Assembly: GCF_037042905.1 (NCBI RefSeq)
Contig: NC_087246.1
Span: 8,308,001-8,372,000, forward strand
Origin: Lytechinus pictus
Lineage: Eukaryota
Direction: 5' to 3'
Length of the DNA: 64,000 nt
The position numbers and the translations under genes are program-made. Positions 10,813 through 25,800 of the stretch are shown here, piece by piece (positions within the stretch are counted from its first letter, which is position 1; each line of letters opens with the position of its first letter). Below the pieces are notes generated by a model. That model worked only from the letters and a program-made list of their open reading frames with translations, had not been told where the DNA came from and did not search any database.

Positions 10813-13800
10813 GTATGTCTTTATTTGCTGTACAGGGTACTCTGGGCTAAAAATGATATTTAATAAAAGACATTCACTGATTCACCAACATGACCAAGTC
10901 AGAACAGTAGAGGCGCACGGCCAATATGGGAGACTCTCTCCAATAGGGGAGACAATCTCCCACATTGGAGACTTGCTTTGCAAAAGGACAAAAGAAACAA
11001 CACCAACAAAAGCATGATTTTTTCCACCCAAAATTTTGTCTCACTGAGGTCAGAAGCCCATTTGTTTTGTGTGTGATTAACAACAAAAATCCTTATCAAA
11101 ACAAAAGTAGGCCTAGACGGTGAATTTTTAAAGTAGACGGTGAAAAGGGGTAATTTTTCAGGAGGAATCTCCTTATCACATTTTTATTTGCCGCCAAGGT
11201 AATCCTTTTGCAGCAAATGTAAACAAAGGAAATTGGTTTCCAAAACTGGAGACTGTCTCTGAAATTGGATACCCAAATTCTTTACAAAAGTCTCTGATAT
11301 TGGAGACAATCTCCCACATTGGAGACAGTCTCCAATATTGGCCGTGCGCCTCTACTGCAGAATAAGAATAAGATGGCAAGAAATTCATCAAGGAAAAAAT
11401 TAACAAAAAAGCTCAACCTATTGGCGGCGGAGCAGAGGATTATCTTTTGTTTGGGGGGGACGCAACAATAGATATATATTGTTGCGTTTCCCCCCCCCCC
11501 AAACACAAAAGATAATCCTCTGCTCCGCCGCCAATGATATTAATATTAGGCCTAACGAAACGTCACCAGGGCAATTTAAAATTGGATTAGATCTAACGTT
11601 ATCTACTTTTGTCCGATTTTGATGAATTTTTCAGTGTTTTTCTTTTTCCTGATATTTCTTTATGTCCAGATCGTATTATTTTCAGCCTAGGGTAACCCTT
11701 TAATTAAATTGATGTCTACATACCTTTTTTAAAAATATATTCACAAATATTTTTGTAATCTGATTTCATTAAGATTGATGCTTTGAGCTATCCCTAAGGC
11801 TAAAGTCAAGTACAATATGCAGTTGACATTCAGGGACCCGTTTCTCAACACCGTCATAAGTCTAACTTCTTGACTAAATCGGATATAGTGAGCTACTTGT
11901 CCGCCAACCGTTTCACGAAGCCCTCTTTACCAAGATCGGGTACAACAACCTCACTAAAAATTTATGACACCTCCGAACCTGTCATACATTGTAACTTCTT
12001 TCTAAATGACGTAGTGGCATCACGTGGGTAGACTACATTGTATGACATGCGAAAGTGCCTAGAAATTCTAAAATTATAATCTTACGTAATCAATCATAGA
12101 GGTTGAAATTACATCACAAAACAAGTGGGTTAATGCATTCAATGATAATTGTAATACAAAGAAACTATAAAAACTGTTGGTAAACGCCACAAAACCATTC
12201 ATTTTGAAATAGTAAAATGATTTAATCGATAAAGATTCTACCACGTCAGGCCATCCATAACTGAACTCGTATTTGTTGTTTTCAGACCCCTATTAACAGT
12301 TGGATGAATTCATATCTAATTTATGCATATAATTTGTCCAATATCATATCTTTCGGTATCAATGATTAAAAATGTTTCGTTAAACTATATTTTGATGACG
12401 TTTGGAATTGTAAAAGTCCGTATAATTATCATTTTACAAAGAAAACCGTTATGGTTTACTTTCGTAAACTATTAAAATTGGGTATCCCGGGGGTTGTGGA
12501 GCCGTGTTATGTGCAAACGCCGGGATATGTGCAAACAACGGTATATGTGCAAAATTTCGCCGGGATTTGTGCAAACAACGGTATTTGTGCAAACGCCACG
12601 CCGGGAAATGTGAAAATCTGTCAAAATTTGTTAACGGCATCTGTGCAAACGTACAATTTTCACGGGAAATGTGCAAACTTCCGGGATATGTGCAAATCAC
12701 TGTTTTTATTGAAATCAAGGCTATTTCTCATGAAATTTTTCATAACATTACTGTTAAAATGATAATGTTGGTAATGTTTCAACAAAAAATTACACGGGGG
12801 CGGCGGGCGAATTCGCCCCGGAAAGTCCAAAAAGAGCCCCGGAAAAGGGCTAAAAACATTCACACGAGGGCGACTGCAAAACTCATAATCGCCCCCGTCA
12901 ACACTGTATATTTCACAGTGGCAAATTGTCCATAGACTGTGTACAACGAATTGACCGTCTCGGCTCAGCGAATCGGAGACCGCTGATTGGCCAATCGCGC
13001 AGATCACGTCATGACTACGTGGTCGCCAAAATAATTCCCTTCGGACTGCGTGCGAAAGTATCGATAGCGATAACGATATCCGGTCACATTGTCTACGCGG
13101 GAAATGGTCTTGGTTCGTGATCGGATCGCTCCAGTATCGATCGAAAATTATCGAGACTAGACTCGGCAATTTCATGCATATTCACGCGACGCTCCGAAAC
13201 CCGGAAATCAATTGACTTTGTACACGTTGCGATAGACTCTACAAACTCCAACGAACACGATGCTATATCAACGCTAATTCGTAAGATTTTGACCGAAAAT
13301 CAAGAAGTAATCGAAATTCGCTTACCTGTTCGGTATCGGTGAGAAAATAGATCCTCCGAGAATACCTTTCATAATTCATATAAATTATAGGAAAGTGAAA
13401 TTCTAGGTCGATTTTGGTACGAGGTGATAGAGTATTGCACACTTGTTTTTGTGGAATACTGTATGGGGCTATGGAAGGCTTGCACTGCGCATGCTTACTA
13501 TATTTTCATTCATAAATTGGCTCTCGGCAGTGGCTGGATGACGTCATGTAATAAGCAAAATATACACGCCCGCTAGCGTTGAACGTACCGCTATCCGTTC
13601 TATACAATTTGCCACTGTGTATTTATGTAGCATTTCATGCATACGTACGTGATTGCATTTAAATTATACATTATACTTTATATTGCATTTAAATGTGTAC
13701 TTGTTTGCATTTGCGTGTGACCGCTTATATTACAATCTTGAGCTGTTTCCTACGCGCACACCAATTGTGCTACAACAAAATCCCAAACTCATTGCCCGAC

Positions 13801-16800
13801 TGCAGTTGCGAAGATCACGTATATATGTACGTAAATCACCGCGGAGCTGCCCGCAGAGTCACACAAGCAAATACAAGATACAGTGGCACAATAACATTGC
13901 TCATTTCAGCGCACGCGAGTCCATCATAGGATCGTGTCAGCTAAGAGAACTTACCTGTGAATCTCTGTTTACGGGCGTGAATAGCGCATGTGGTACATGT
14001 GCCTATGAATTTGAGATGGTACCGGTACGTACTTCTCGCTAGCTCGCGCCGCGCTGCTTCGAAGCTTCGTCGCGATCGCATGTACAGTACATCTTGTTGA
14101 AGCAGAGCCTGCAGCAGAGCAGCCCTGCACTGCTGACCAGCATCCCTTCAATGTGGCACACACACACACACACACACAGACACACACACACACACAAACG
14201 CAAAAAAGCCGCGAAATAGCTCCAGAAATTGTAGCCCTGGAAAGTGGAAAAAGAGCCCTGGAAAATGAAAAAGTAGCCCTGGAAAGAAAAAAAGTAATTT
14301 TTTGGTTGGTAATGTTGCATAACATGAAAATATGGCAGCCTTTCCTCCAAACCCAGTTATTTCAAAATGATAAATAACAATACCCAAAAACCAATATAAA
14401 GACCACAGAATCTATTAATGTTGAATAACATGGAAATATAGTGTAGTCTTTTAGCCAGACCCAGTTATTTCAAAATTATGAATAGCAGTTCAACAATAAA
14501 TATAAAAACCCCATAATCATATTAATGTTGAATAACATGGAAATATAGCGTAGTCTTTCCTCCAAACCCTGTTATTTTTTTTCAAAATAATGCTAATAGT
14601 AAAAAAAACTCAAAATCTAAGACCAAACAATCCTTCAAACTAAGAACCTTTAATAAAACAGAGGTTTAGAGCGTTCTCTTTATTCCAGACCTAGTCATCA
14701 AAAAATTATGAAAAAAAAATATTTTAAAGTAAGACCCTATCATATTCTTATTCTTCTGGAATAACACAAGTTTTAAAAAGTATTATTTCCTCCAGACCCG
14801 GTTATTTATAAAAATGAATTAAAAAAAAACTTCAAATCTAAGATCAATCTTCAAAATTTACACCCAGTAAAAAAATATGGGTTTCAAGCATTATCTTTAT
14901 CCCACACCCAGTTTTTTTAATACAAACCAAGACCCCTACAAAACATTGTAATAATGCATGGGTAAAGCAAATATTCCTCCTCCAGAATTGGTTATTATTA
15001 AAAAAAAAAAGTTTTTGAAAATATTTTACAACGAATACCCGATAATCTAATCCCTGTGGAATAACGTTGTTGTTGTTATCGTGGGTTTTAAGGCGTGTAC
15101 CATTCAGATATTAATATTTACGCCTATGATTAATTTGTCTTATTTTTGTGGTTATAAAATTTGATACATTATGGATAACATGAAGAACGATTGTAGACTT
15201 TCTTCCAGACACGGTTATTTAAAAATAAACTATAAATTTTACGTGTCCAAAGGACACAGATGCCCCCGCTTAACGCAATCAGAAATCCATTCAATATATT
15301 TGAATTTAATATCGTGCAGAAACCAATATGCATATATAATGAACAAATTTAGACCTTTGAACCAACTCGCATATAAAGTGAGCTTTGACCTTTGACCTGT
15401 GGACTCCGAATTCGAACTTAGCCTGTATTTTGGTGTCATCTACCTACACACTCAATTTTTTTTGTTCAATCTGTTAAATATTTTTCGATTTATTGCGCGG
15501 AAACCAAGTGGGGGACGGACGGAAGGCCAGACGGACATGAGCAACACGAGTTTTAAGCTTAGTCTTTCGTCTAGACCCGGTTTAAAAAATAAGCAAAAAA
15601 ATCAGGGTTGGTGCGTTTTAAACGGTGTGTTTTAAAACATGTTTTAAAACGCGTTTTAAAACACTTGTTTTTTTTACAAAAAAAACGTGTTTTAAAACAC
15701 CGCATAGACTTGTGTGTTATAAATTTGCATGGATGTGATTTTAGATAAATGTTGTTTTTTATATACTGTTATTTCTGAAGTGGTGTATTATTTTCTTCTA
15801 ACTAACTAAAACTATTTTCCAACACCACTCCTTTTCTCCTCTTTCTCTTTCCCCCTTTATTCTTTCTTTCTCCATTGCTTTGTCATGTTCCTCTTCTCCC
15901 TGTTCAATTGTGCACATCAATCCATATTAAGAATATTCTCATATCTGAGTGCTTTGCTCACTTTTTGGACAGGTAAAGAAACATTATTAAAATAAGCTAA
16001 AATACATGTAAATGTAATAGAATTAACTGAATGAAATGGAAGTGTTCCACAACCACAATAATATTTTACAAATTCTGTAAACCTGACATCATACTCTTGA
16101 GGTACACACAAAAGTTGATGAAACTTTGCGCTTCATAAAGATGAAGAAAAGTACTTTAAACAGTATAAAATAATCATCTAGCAAACCTTAACCCTAACAA
16201 TTCCAGGGGACCTTAATGGCCCCCTAAAAATTTCTATGATAAATCCATAAACACAACAGGGCCACGCCATATCGTTCAAGACTATTTTTGGGATACATGC
16301 ATGGGTATGCAGTTATGATATACACCACAAGTGCATATTATCAGATCCCGAATTTGCTTAAAAACATGATTTCATGTATAAACCCAATGTGAGTTCTTGC
16401 CAAAATGTGTATCTGTATCATTATTTTTACTTATTGTTAATGATTGGAAAATTGCCAAAAATTTCCATAAGTAATAAAAAAAGTTTTAAAATCTGTACAT
16501 ATGAAATATAAAAAGTAAAAAAAACATTACCGGTAACCTTAATAGACTGGGCTATTTCGTTTCCTAAGAAAACTGAGGGGGGTGCCCCCCCCTTATGATC
16601 TGGGCCGTCGATCGCGGTATCACAACGGAAATTGGCACACGCATTACCCATGGCGTAATCTAAAAAAGTACATGTATAAATCAAATTTTGCATAAATGTC
16701 ATTGCTATTAAAAAACTTATGTGTAAAATCAAAAGTTTGCTCTAATTAACTAAATAATGCCCCTGAAATTATCATTTTTGGTTCACAGACTCTTTATAGG

Positions 16801-19800
16801 AATCTGATGAGATGTTCTTTAAAAAAATGTCAACATCACATTTATTTTCTTATGTATTTTATTGTTTTTTCAATGGAAATATATAGTCAGGGACTATATT
16901 TTGACCATAAACAAGGTGAAATTAATTGATTTAAATCAGTAAAAGGGAAAATAATGGCATATTTATAAATTATGGCTAAAAACACTATTTGCATTAGATT
17001 TGTACACAAATTCACATTTTTGAGCAATTTTGGGTCTGCATGCATGTACAAAATGTTGCGTAATTTCGTAACCGCATGCCAGGGGGTCGCAATTTCTGTC
17101 TCAAAAGTTGTGTGAGACTTGAAAAAGGAAGTCTGAGAGTGACGTGGTAAAAAAATTTGCGCAGTGGATTTATCGCAAAAAGTGACGAAGGGGGCTGAAT
17201 CAGCCTCCCAGTCTTATTAGGGTTTAAAAATACATTCTATAGGCCTACTGATTGTTCTTAATATACATTTGATCAGAATTCCTGAATTGAAAAAATAAGT
17301 AGTTCAAGGGCTTTATTTATAGATTTGTATTTCATGCACTAAAATTGGTATAATTGATTCAAATGAAATAAAGCATATTGATTTACCGCTAATGAAATTA
17401 AGCTTTGAAACCCCATGTACGTCAATTTCATCCATTGTGCAAATTCTCCTGCCCCCCCCCCTCGATTGACAAGACTCAGTATACCTCGGGACTACATGTA
17501 TTAGGAATAAAATGTCAAATTACTTATAAGTGGGTTTTTTTGTAGGCATTCAATTTCCATGATCTAGTAATTTTTGGGGAAATATGAACTTTTTTGTTGG
17601 AAATTCATTAACTAAATTGTGGTCATCTCTTATTTAAAACATCAAGAGCTTAAATCATACTGTATTTAGTGTATATTTTAATTGATTCACAGAAAATTGC
17701 ATCATTCGTTGGAAAAAAACGTTTTAAAACGATTTAAAACGTTTTAAAACAATAAAAAACGTTTTATTTGTTTTTTTTAATAAAAAATGTTTTTTATTAC
17801 AACCCTGAAAAAAATTCAAAGCTAAGATCAATCTTCCAAATTAAACCCAGTTAAAATGCTTGGGTTTAGAGCATTTTTTGTCTTTACCCCACACCCAGTT
17901 CTTTTAAAAATACAAATTAAGTGAAACATAATCATAAAACTTAGACCCCAGCATCTTCCAAACTATAAAACCCTGTGATAACACATACTTAGTTTTACCA
18001 GACAAAAGAAACAGAACAACAAAACCAACATTTAAAATTAAAACCCTCTTCCAGCCTAAGATCCTGTAATAAAGATTAAAAAAAATAAAACATACCTTTT
18101 CTTCAAGGTAAAGAAATTTCTAATTAAAAATGAAATCTTCAAAACAAAGAGCCCGGGGAGCATTTCATGAAAGGAGTTGTCAGACGTTTTATCCGTCACT
18201 TACCATGGTACCACTGCTTCTTAGCCAATCAACATCAAGGAAGGTTGTCAGTTCTGACAACTTGTCGGACATAACTAATGTTGATGAAATGCTTCCCCGA
18301 TCATCTCATTCATGTTAAACAGGCACAAGAACATGATTGAGTCTTAGTTAAATGAAGATTTCATTTATCTTAATTTTGAAAATGACAAGGTCTGGAATAA
18401 AGAAAACTCTCTAAACCTTTATTTTATTACAGGTTCTTAGTTTTAAAGATTGTTGGGTTATATTGTATTGTTTTGTTATTTTGGAATAATTGGGTCTGGA
18501 AGAAAGACTACGCCATGTCTCCATGTTATTCAGCATTATAAAGAAAGTGGGGTCTTTGTTACCTTTTTTCACTTTTTTGAAAATGGTTTGTAATTTTGAA
18601 ATAAGTGGGTGTGGAGGGGAGACTACACTATATTTACATGTTTTTCAACATCAATAGGATTGCGGGGTCTTTGTTTTTTTATATTTGGTTTGGTATTTTT
18701 TTATTTGTTGTTTGAAATATCTGGGTCTGGAGGAAAGACTGCATTTAACAGATTAAAGTGTGATTGCTATAAACCATAGAGATGTATACTAATTACGCTA
18801 GAGTGCGGAGTCGCCATAGGCGCGCGTACTTAACGTTTGTGATTGCGCGGAGCGTGGTCGGCCATTGCTCGATAGGTCTAGATTTGCAGAAGTACCCGGA
18901 TGTAAACATAGCTCGTGGGTCAAAACCACTATCTCGGCGCAATTGCGTCAAATTCGTGTCCCGCATGTTATGGGTCCAATTAAAAATAAAATCGATATAG
19001 AATGGTCGAGTTAAGCTATTCTATTTATTATATGAGATCCATTCTTTAAAAAGAAAGTCATATTATTGACCTTCTTTTGGTATATAATGAGAAATTAGCA
19101 AACCCATCCGTTGTAATAGTGAAAAACAGCGTGTCGCCGGTCATATATTTTCTAAATTTCTGTATCTTGCCAAAATAAAGTAAAAAGCAACTGCCCTAAA
19201 ACTAAATTAATATGCATATAAGTGATCCCTCCACAAAATACAATCAAAAGTTTTTGATAAAAATGTTTTGTTTTCACATGCGGATAAAACCAAATGTGTC
19301 GCCAAATGTAGTGAAACTTACGTTACCGTATTTTAGATCAATAATTAATTACTTTTTGTCATCGTAAATATGTTTATTTTTATTTATTTGACACCTCGGG
19401 TATATGATAAGAAATGATACTTATGTACTCCCATTCCTAAGTAAGAATAATCTTATCAAAACCAAACTAAATGCAATTTATAGAAACGTAGCGTTAAGAG
19501 ATGAAACTTACGTTACCGTTTTGGGGTAATGTGTATAGACCTTAGATGCTGATATGTATATCAGCAGTTAGCATTGATAAAAGGAAAGTCAGAGGGCCAA
19601 CGAAATCATACTTGCAAAGAGCAATTTTGGATCAGCAACTATTTATATACCCCATCATGTAATTTACGTTATGAAACTTACGTTACCGTATATGCAGACC
19701 TCGGCCTTTTTGGCGTTAAAAGAATTTTTCTCGATATATAACAAAGATGAGCCATCTACGATCATTCTCAGAAAGCCTAGCAACAACTTTTTCAAGTCTA

Positions 19801-22800
19801 TGGTGGATCTCGTCCCATTTTTCTAATCCCTTGCATCAGAGGCTGACTAGTAAGTATTCAATTTAATCAAATTTTTTAAAGGTTCTACTCCCCTAAATAT
19901 TTGAGTGTATTTTAGGTGCAACCATTAGTCAAGGGCTTCTTAAGAAGTGCTAGAAAATCAAACAAAAGTTTAAGAATGTGAAATTACTCTTCAATCAATT
20001 TTTTATACCTTGATAGCTAGTAATAATAATGTAACGTACGTTTCAACTCTAGTAACGTATGTTTCAAAATAGAAGTTGTCCCATACATAGATGATATAAG
20101 GGGATTTAATCTTGCTAATCGTAACTTTATGTTTATAATAAGCTAGTACTACATTCAATTTCATTACCAGTGGAATTTCGGGAACAAAAAAAAAAGAAAA
20201 AAGTACAATTACTATCACTTCAAGCATTGTTTATGTTCCGTTCAACTTTTATTTTCATGAAATATTTAAAGATAAAACTAGCCCTTTAAAAGATTCGGTA
20301 TTTTGTTACACTGTCTATACCTTTCTTACATTAATACTTGCCAATATTCTTCATAAATAAGATCTCTCTCAATTGGTTGAATTAAGGTATATAACAAAGT
20401 TCATATGCTAATATTTTATCCACCTCATTATAGTAACGTAGAATTCAAATTATAATAACGTAGGTTTCAGGATTTGGTACCGAGTTTTGAATACTAGTTA
20501 AGATTTTTCCCAAGCCCATGATCAAATTCTATTTTTCGCAATATAAAGGAGGGGCGTATATCGGTTTATCGAATGTATTATTGTTGATTTCCTTCCCCCA
20601 AATTTCTTTTATATATATCAATTTTATATAATTGCCTTCTTAAAAAAATAAATATATATATATACCTTAATATTTTTGTAATGAAAGAGAAAAAAACTAT
20701 AAATAGCAGTATAAGGCATATTTGTGTAAAGAAGTTGTTGATATCAATTGATAAACGCGACACCTTTTAATAAGATTTGGAATATAATAATGGCATTTCC
20801 CCTGCCCAAAATGGTAACGTATGTTTCAAGATTTCATAATTGAAAACATAACATACAATATAACCTTTCTCTTTTTATTTTCCCTAAAGGAATGGCTAGG
20901 AGCAGGGCTGAAATTCAGGCTGCTTACAGGCAAAGGAAGCGGCAAAAGATGGGGGAAAATGCTTACTTACAAGCGGAGAGGCAGAGGGTGAAAAAATACT
21001 ACAAACCGGTGGATACGCTCACAAAGAAGAGGGTCCAAGAGAGAAGAACGCAAGTAAATAGAAGAGTACGAAAGCATAGAGATCGAGTTCGTCGGGTAAG
21101 ACAGGAAATGGAACAAAGAAGAAACATGAACATAGATGACGTCGGATATACTGCGGATGACGATTCTGCTATCTCGGACATATCCCCTGACATATCTAAC
21201 CAGTTAGGCCTTACTATCAAAATGCCATTCCAAAAGCCAAGAAGAAAACGAGTGAGTAGGTGTTTGAGCAAGGCTCATAGAAACATTGAACAGCTCACAC
21301 TGAAACTACAGGCGGCAAAGAAAGACAAGACAAGACTAAAGAAAAGGTGTGAGAGGCTGCAGAATAAAGTCATGACTTCAATGCCAACAAGAAAAGAAGT
21401 TAAGAATACACCGCGATCCCGTACAAACTCTCAGCTAGAAGATGAAGGAATAGATCCAAGCCGTGTTCCTTCAATCAGAAAACGATTGTTATTCTCCAAT
21501 GCAATGATGGAAGAGATTCAAGGTTCTTCTAACACAAGCAGAAAGATGTCTGATCGCCGGATTCTTCACCAGCTGGTAGCTGGATCAAAGGTTCTGAAGA
21601 AATACCGCCTATTAAAGTTGCTCCGGACGGAAACTGGATTGGGGAGACGTAACCTTTCGAAGGCAAACAAACATACCAAATCAACTCAACAATCACGACC
21701 AACCTGGACTTCTCTCCATCTGGAAGTAGTAGAATTTCTGCACAGAGATGATGTATCACGTATGTGTCCGGGAAAAAAGGATTCAAGCAAGGGCAAAGAC
21801 GGAACCAAGTGTCAGAAGAGGTATTTGACTGATTATCTGTCTAATCTTCATGAAAGGTATCTGGCAGAGACCGATGGGAAAAGAAAGATATCATTGTCAG
21901 CATTCAACCGCGTGCGACGAACCCTATGTCCTCACATTAAGCGTGTCCAGTTCGCCTCGAGAGATCTTTGCCTTTGTCAAAAGCATCAGAATGTTGCATT
22001 GAAGCTCAAAGCACTACAATCACTAGGGGGAACTGTAAATGACAACCCAGATGAGTTCATTAAAGAACATAATGAAGCTCAGGTAGATATTCTCCTCAAC
22101 AACTTGCAGTCAGAGCAGATCCAATTTGATGAGTGGTCAAGGGTTGAGGTAGATGGGAGAAAGAAAATCAAAATCATCCGCATATCTCAAAGTAAACCTG
22201 ACTTTATCAAGCGCTTTCAGAAGGAGATCCAAGAATTCAGGCAACATGTTGTCAGAATCAAAAACCAATTCAGAGCTTTGCTAGATTGCAAGAATTCTTT
22301 GAAGCCAGATGAGTGCATTATCCAGATGGATTTTGCCGAAAACTATGTCTGTGTTCCACTTGAAGAGGTCCAAAGCGCCTACTGGTGTCAGGATGGGGTG
22401 ACACTTCACCCAATTGTCGTGTACTTCCGCAACGACGGGAATGAACTAGTTCATCAAAGTTTTGCAGCTGTGTCTGATGACAGAAATCACAACACTTCCA
22501 CAATACTGGCAATACTCACCAAGCTCATGCCAAAGCTCAAAGAGCTGATACCCCATCTCCACAAGGTTCACTACTGGACCGACAGTCCTACATCGCAATA
22601 TAGGAACAAAACAATGTTTTCGTTGGTGAGTGAGCATGCTGATATCTTCGACGGCATACATGCTCAATGGAACTATTTCGAGAGTGGCCACGGGAAGGGT
22701 CCGTGCGATGGGATCGGGGGTACCATCAAACGTCTTGCAGACACTGCAGTGAAGAGACGGGCAGCAGTTATCCAAGATGCCTACGACTTTTTCGCCTGGG

Positions 22801-25800
22801 CCTCACAAGAACGCCACGAATGCTCAGGTTCAAAGATCAACTTCTTCTTTGTAGCCAAGGGAGACTGTGCTGCAGGAAGTCTTCTCATTGCGGAGAGGTG
22901 GTCCAGTGTGAAAACCTTTCCTGGGACAATGCAGATGCACGCAGTGATTGGCCATGACAATGGAGTTCTTCTCAGAAAGTTGTCCTGCTACTGTCAAAGC
23001 TGCTATGGCAGTCGGGAAGAAGGCCAAGTTGAAACGATGTGCGAAGGGTGGAAACACAATCGTCTCCTTTATCGATCGACTACCATGTCAACAACAGGTG
23101 CTTCTGTTACACCACAGAGTCCAAGCAACACAAGCATGTCTGAAAATGATGAGTCCTCACCAACAACCAACGAAGCGTCCTCGGGTACATATGGTGTTGA
23201 CGACTGGGTTGCTGCAGTTTATGATAAGCAGTGGTACATTGGCAAAGTCCTCAAATTTGACTCTTCTGATATTCATATTGACTTCATGGCAAAATGTTCT
23301 GGTACCCATACAGGGGGGAAATACAAATGGCCTGTAAAAAAAGATGCAATATGGGTGGCATGGGACAAAGTGTTGTGTCACATTACACCATGCTTTTGTG
23401 ATACTTCTCAAAGAATTGTCACTTTATCTCCAGAGCAGAAAGCTCTGATCGAAGAAGCCTTCAAGGCCGTTGTCTGACTTCATAGATCTTTACTGGAATG
23501 ATTCAAAAGGGGTTTTAATTTTTATGGGTTAATTGATTAATTGATTTCCATATAAATCATTGGCCATATGTTTATTGTAAGAGCTATAAGAAATTAATAT
23601 CACACATGCAAAACTAGAGTTAGGCCTACGTATGTGATTAAGTTGTAGGGATATCAGATTGATCTGCTTCCAGTCTTAGGGAATTAATATTCAAGCATAA
23701 ATAATTGATATGTGAGTTATCTTCAACTCCCTATTATGTTCCTCATCATATCATGGGGGGTTCATTTCTTCTTGTTTTTCATCTTGTGTCTACTTACTGC
23801 AATCTCCCTTTTCCTCATTTCATCTCTCTCTTTCAACATTAGGTTTTATGGTTCATCCACAATTTCAAATCTTAAATGTTAGCTGAGTTAAAATAATTGT
23901 TTTACATTGTCAGATATTGAAGTTAAAATACGTTACTCTTTTTAAAATAATTTTATTACAAATTTTCGCTATGTAAACGTAATCAAAATTTGCTAACAGA
24001 AAATGGGGAATTGATATAAAAGTCATCGGGAAAATAAAGGTAACCACGTTTTGATGATCAATCACATTTCCATATGTTTGACGTATAGTTGATCTACAGT
24101 GCGTCCCAAAAAAAACTATACACTTTTGAAATGGTTGCCAAATAAAAAATATAGCATTTTGGGGGAAATAACTTATAGATATGGAAAGCCAATAAAGTCA
24201 ACTTTCAAGTGAACTCAAAAAGTTCGAAAACTGCTCATGCTTGAGCGAGCACTGCCCGCTGAAACAAAGGGTATGAAAATTAGGGTGGGCTGGAATTAGC
24301 CTTCCAATTTCTTTCAGGTTTTTTGTTTGGTACCTGCAAAGTTGAGGGTTATTTGGTGAATTAAAGATCAGTTGTGATCAGTTTGTTGTTTGTGAAAATT
24401 TAATGCGTATTAAATTGAATTTATTACATTGAAATTTAATGCATGAGTGATCATGAATTGCAATTTTTAGTGCAGCATTTTGTCTTTATCATGTGGATCT
24501 CAACAATGTGTTTATGAAAGTCAGGAGAAGAGGGGGTAATATGACTTAGGTAGGTAAAGTACGTTGATGTGATAAAGGTAAACAGAACATTTAGCAACCC
24601 CTCCCTCCATCTCACCCCCCCCCCCCCCCCCCCCGCTTCTCTCCTCCTCAGACACTAAGCTCGGCTAGGCTGGGCAGGAATTATCCTTACAGTTTTTTTG
24701 AGTGGTTAGTCCTTTGGAACTTGCTAAGCTAAATTAATGAGTGAGATAAGTTTTGGTTTCTTAGACAAATTTCATGAGTTACTAAATTGAAATTTAATGA
24801 ATGAGTGAACAGGAATTGAAATTTTAGTGTAGCATATTCATCTTGTGGATCTCAGAAGTGTGTTCGTGAGAGTCAGAGTAATGTGATGGTACCTGTTACA
24901 AGCAAGAGGGCGAGATATGCTAAGACTTGGTTAAAAGGGCATTCCTCTTCTTTTTGTCCTTTTGCAAATTAAAAGTCATAATTATGTACCCTTCCCTCTC
25001 CACCTCCATTTCCCAGCCCCCCCTCTCTGTCTCACTTCCTGGATTGTAGCCTATTCAAAACTTAGCTGCCAAGTGACCGATGGCTTATGGTCACTTTTTT
25101 ATTGAATTATTACCAAGAAATTTAATGATTATGATGATTAATGAAATGATTTATTGAAGAAAAAAAAATGAATGTTTGATTGATCACATTGCACGAGTTG
25201 ATTTACTGATAAATTGTTGATGAAATGATTGATAGGAAAAAGTTGATGCCCCAATTCAGAATTAATCATTAAATCAACATTCCACTCTTGGACTTCACGG
25301 GTACATGACAATAGCCATCAGTCTCTCAACAGGAGGGGAGGGCGGGAAAGAGGGAGGGGGAGGGAGCTGAATGTTCTGTTGACCCTTATTCCATCAACCT
25401 ACTTCTCCCACTTAAGTCCTATCTCACCCCCTATTCTCCCGACTCCCATGAACACACTGCTGAGATCCACATGATAAAGTTTAAATGCTGCCCAAAAAGA
25501 GATCCAAATGATAAAGTTGAAATGCTGCCCCAAAAGTGTAATTTGTGTTCACTCATGCATTAAAGTTCAATTTAATAATTTATAAAATTTGCATAGGCAA
25601 CCAAAGCTGGTCACGGTTGATCATTAATTTATCACAACGCCCTTAACTTTGCAAGTTCGAAAGGATTTGCCTCTTAAAAACTGACATAAATTGGAAGGCT
25701 AATTCCAGCCCACCCTAATTTTCATACCTTTTGTTTCAGTGGGCAGTGCTCGCTCAAGCATGAACAGTTTTCCAACTTTTTGGTGTCATTTGAAAGTTGA

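Noticed and set aside
12449-12935. ORFs with repeated CAN/YVQ motifs (also 31402-31792)
   Set aside because: Translations of the TIR subrepeats of the TGT..ACA element.
12914-12960. True V(D)J recombination signal (12/23 RSS)
   Set aside because: Heptamer present but no ACAAAAACC-like nonamer at either spacing on either end.
20999-23411. Short antisense/alternate-frame ORFs within the transposase
   Set aside because: Shadow ORFs of the long GC-richer coding sequence.
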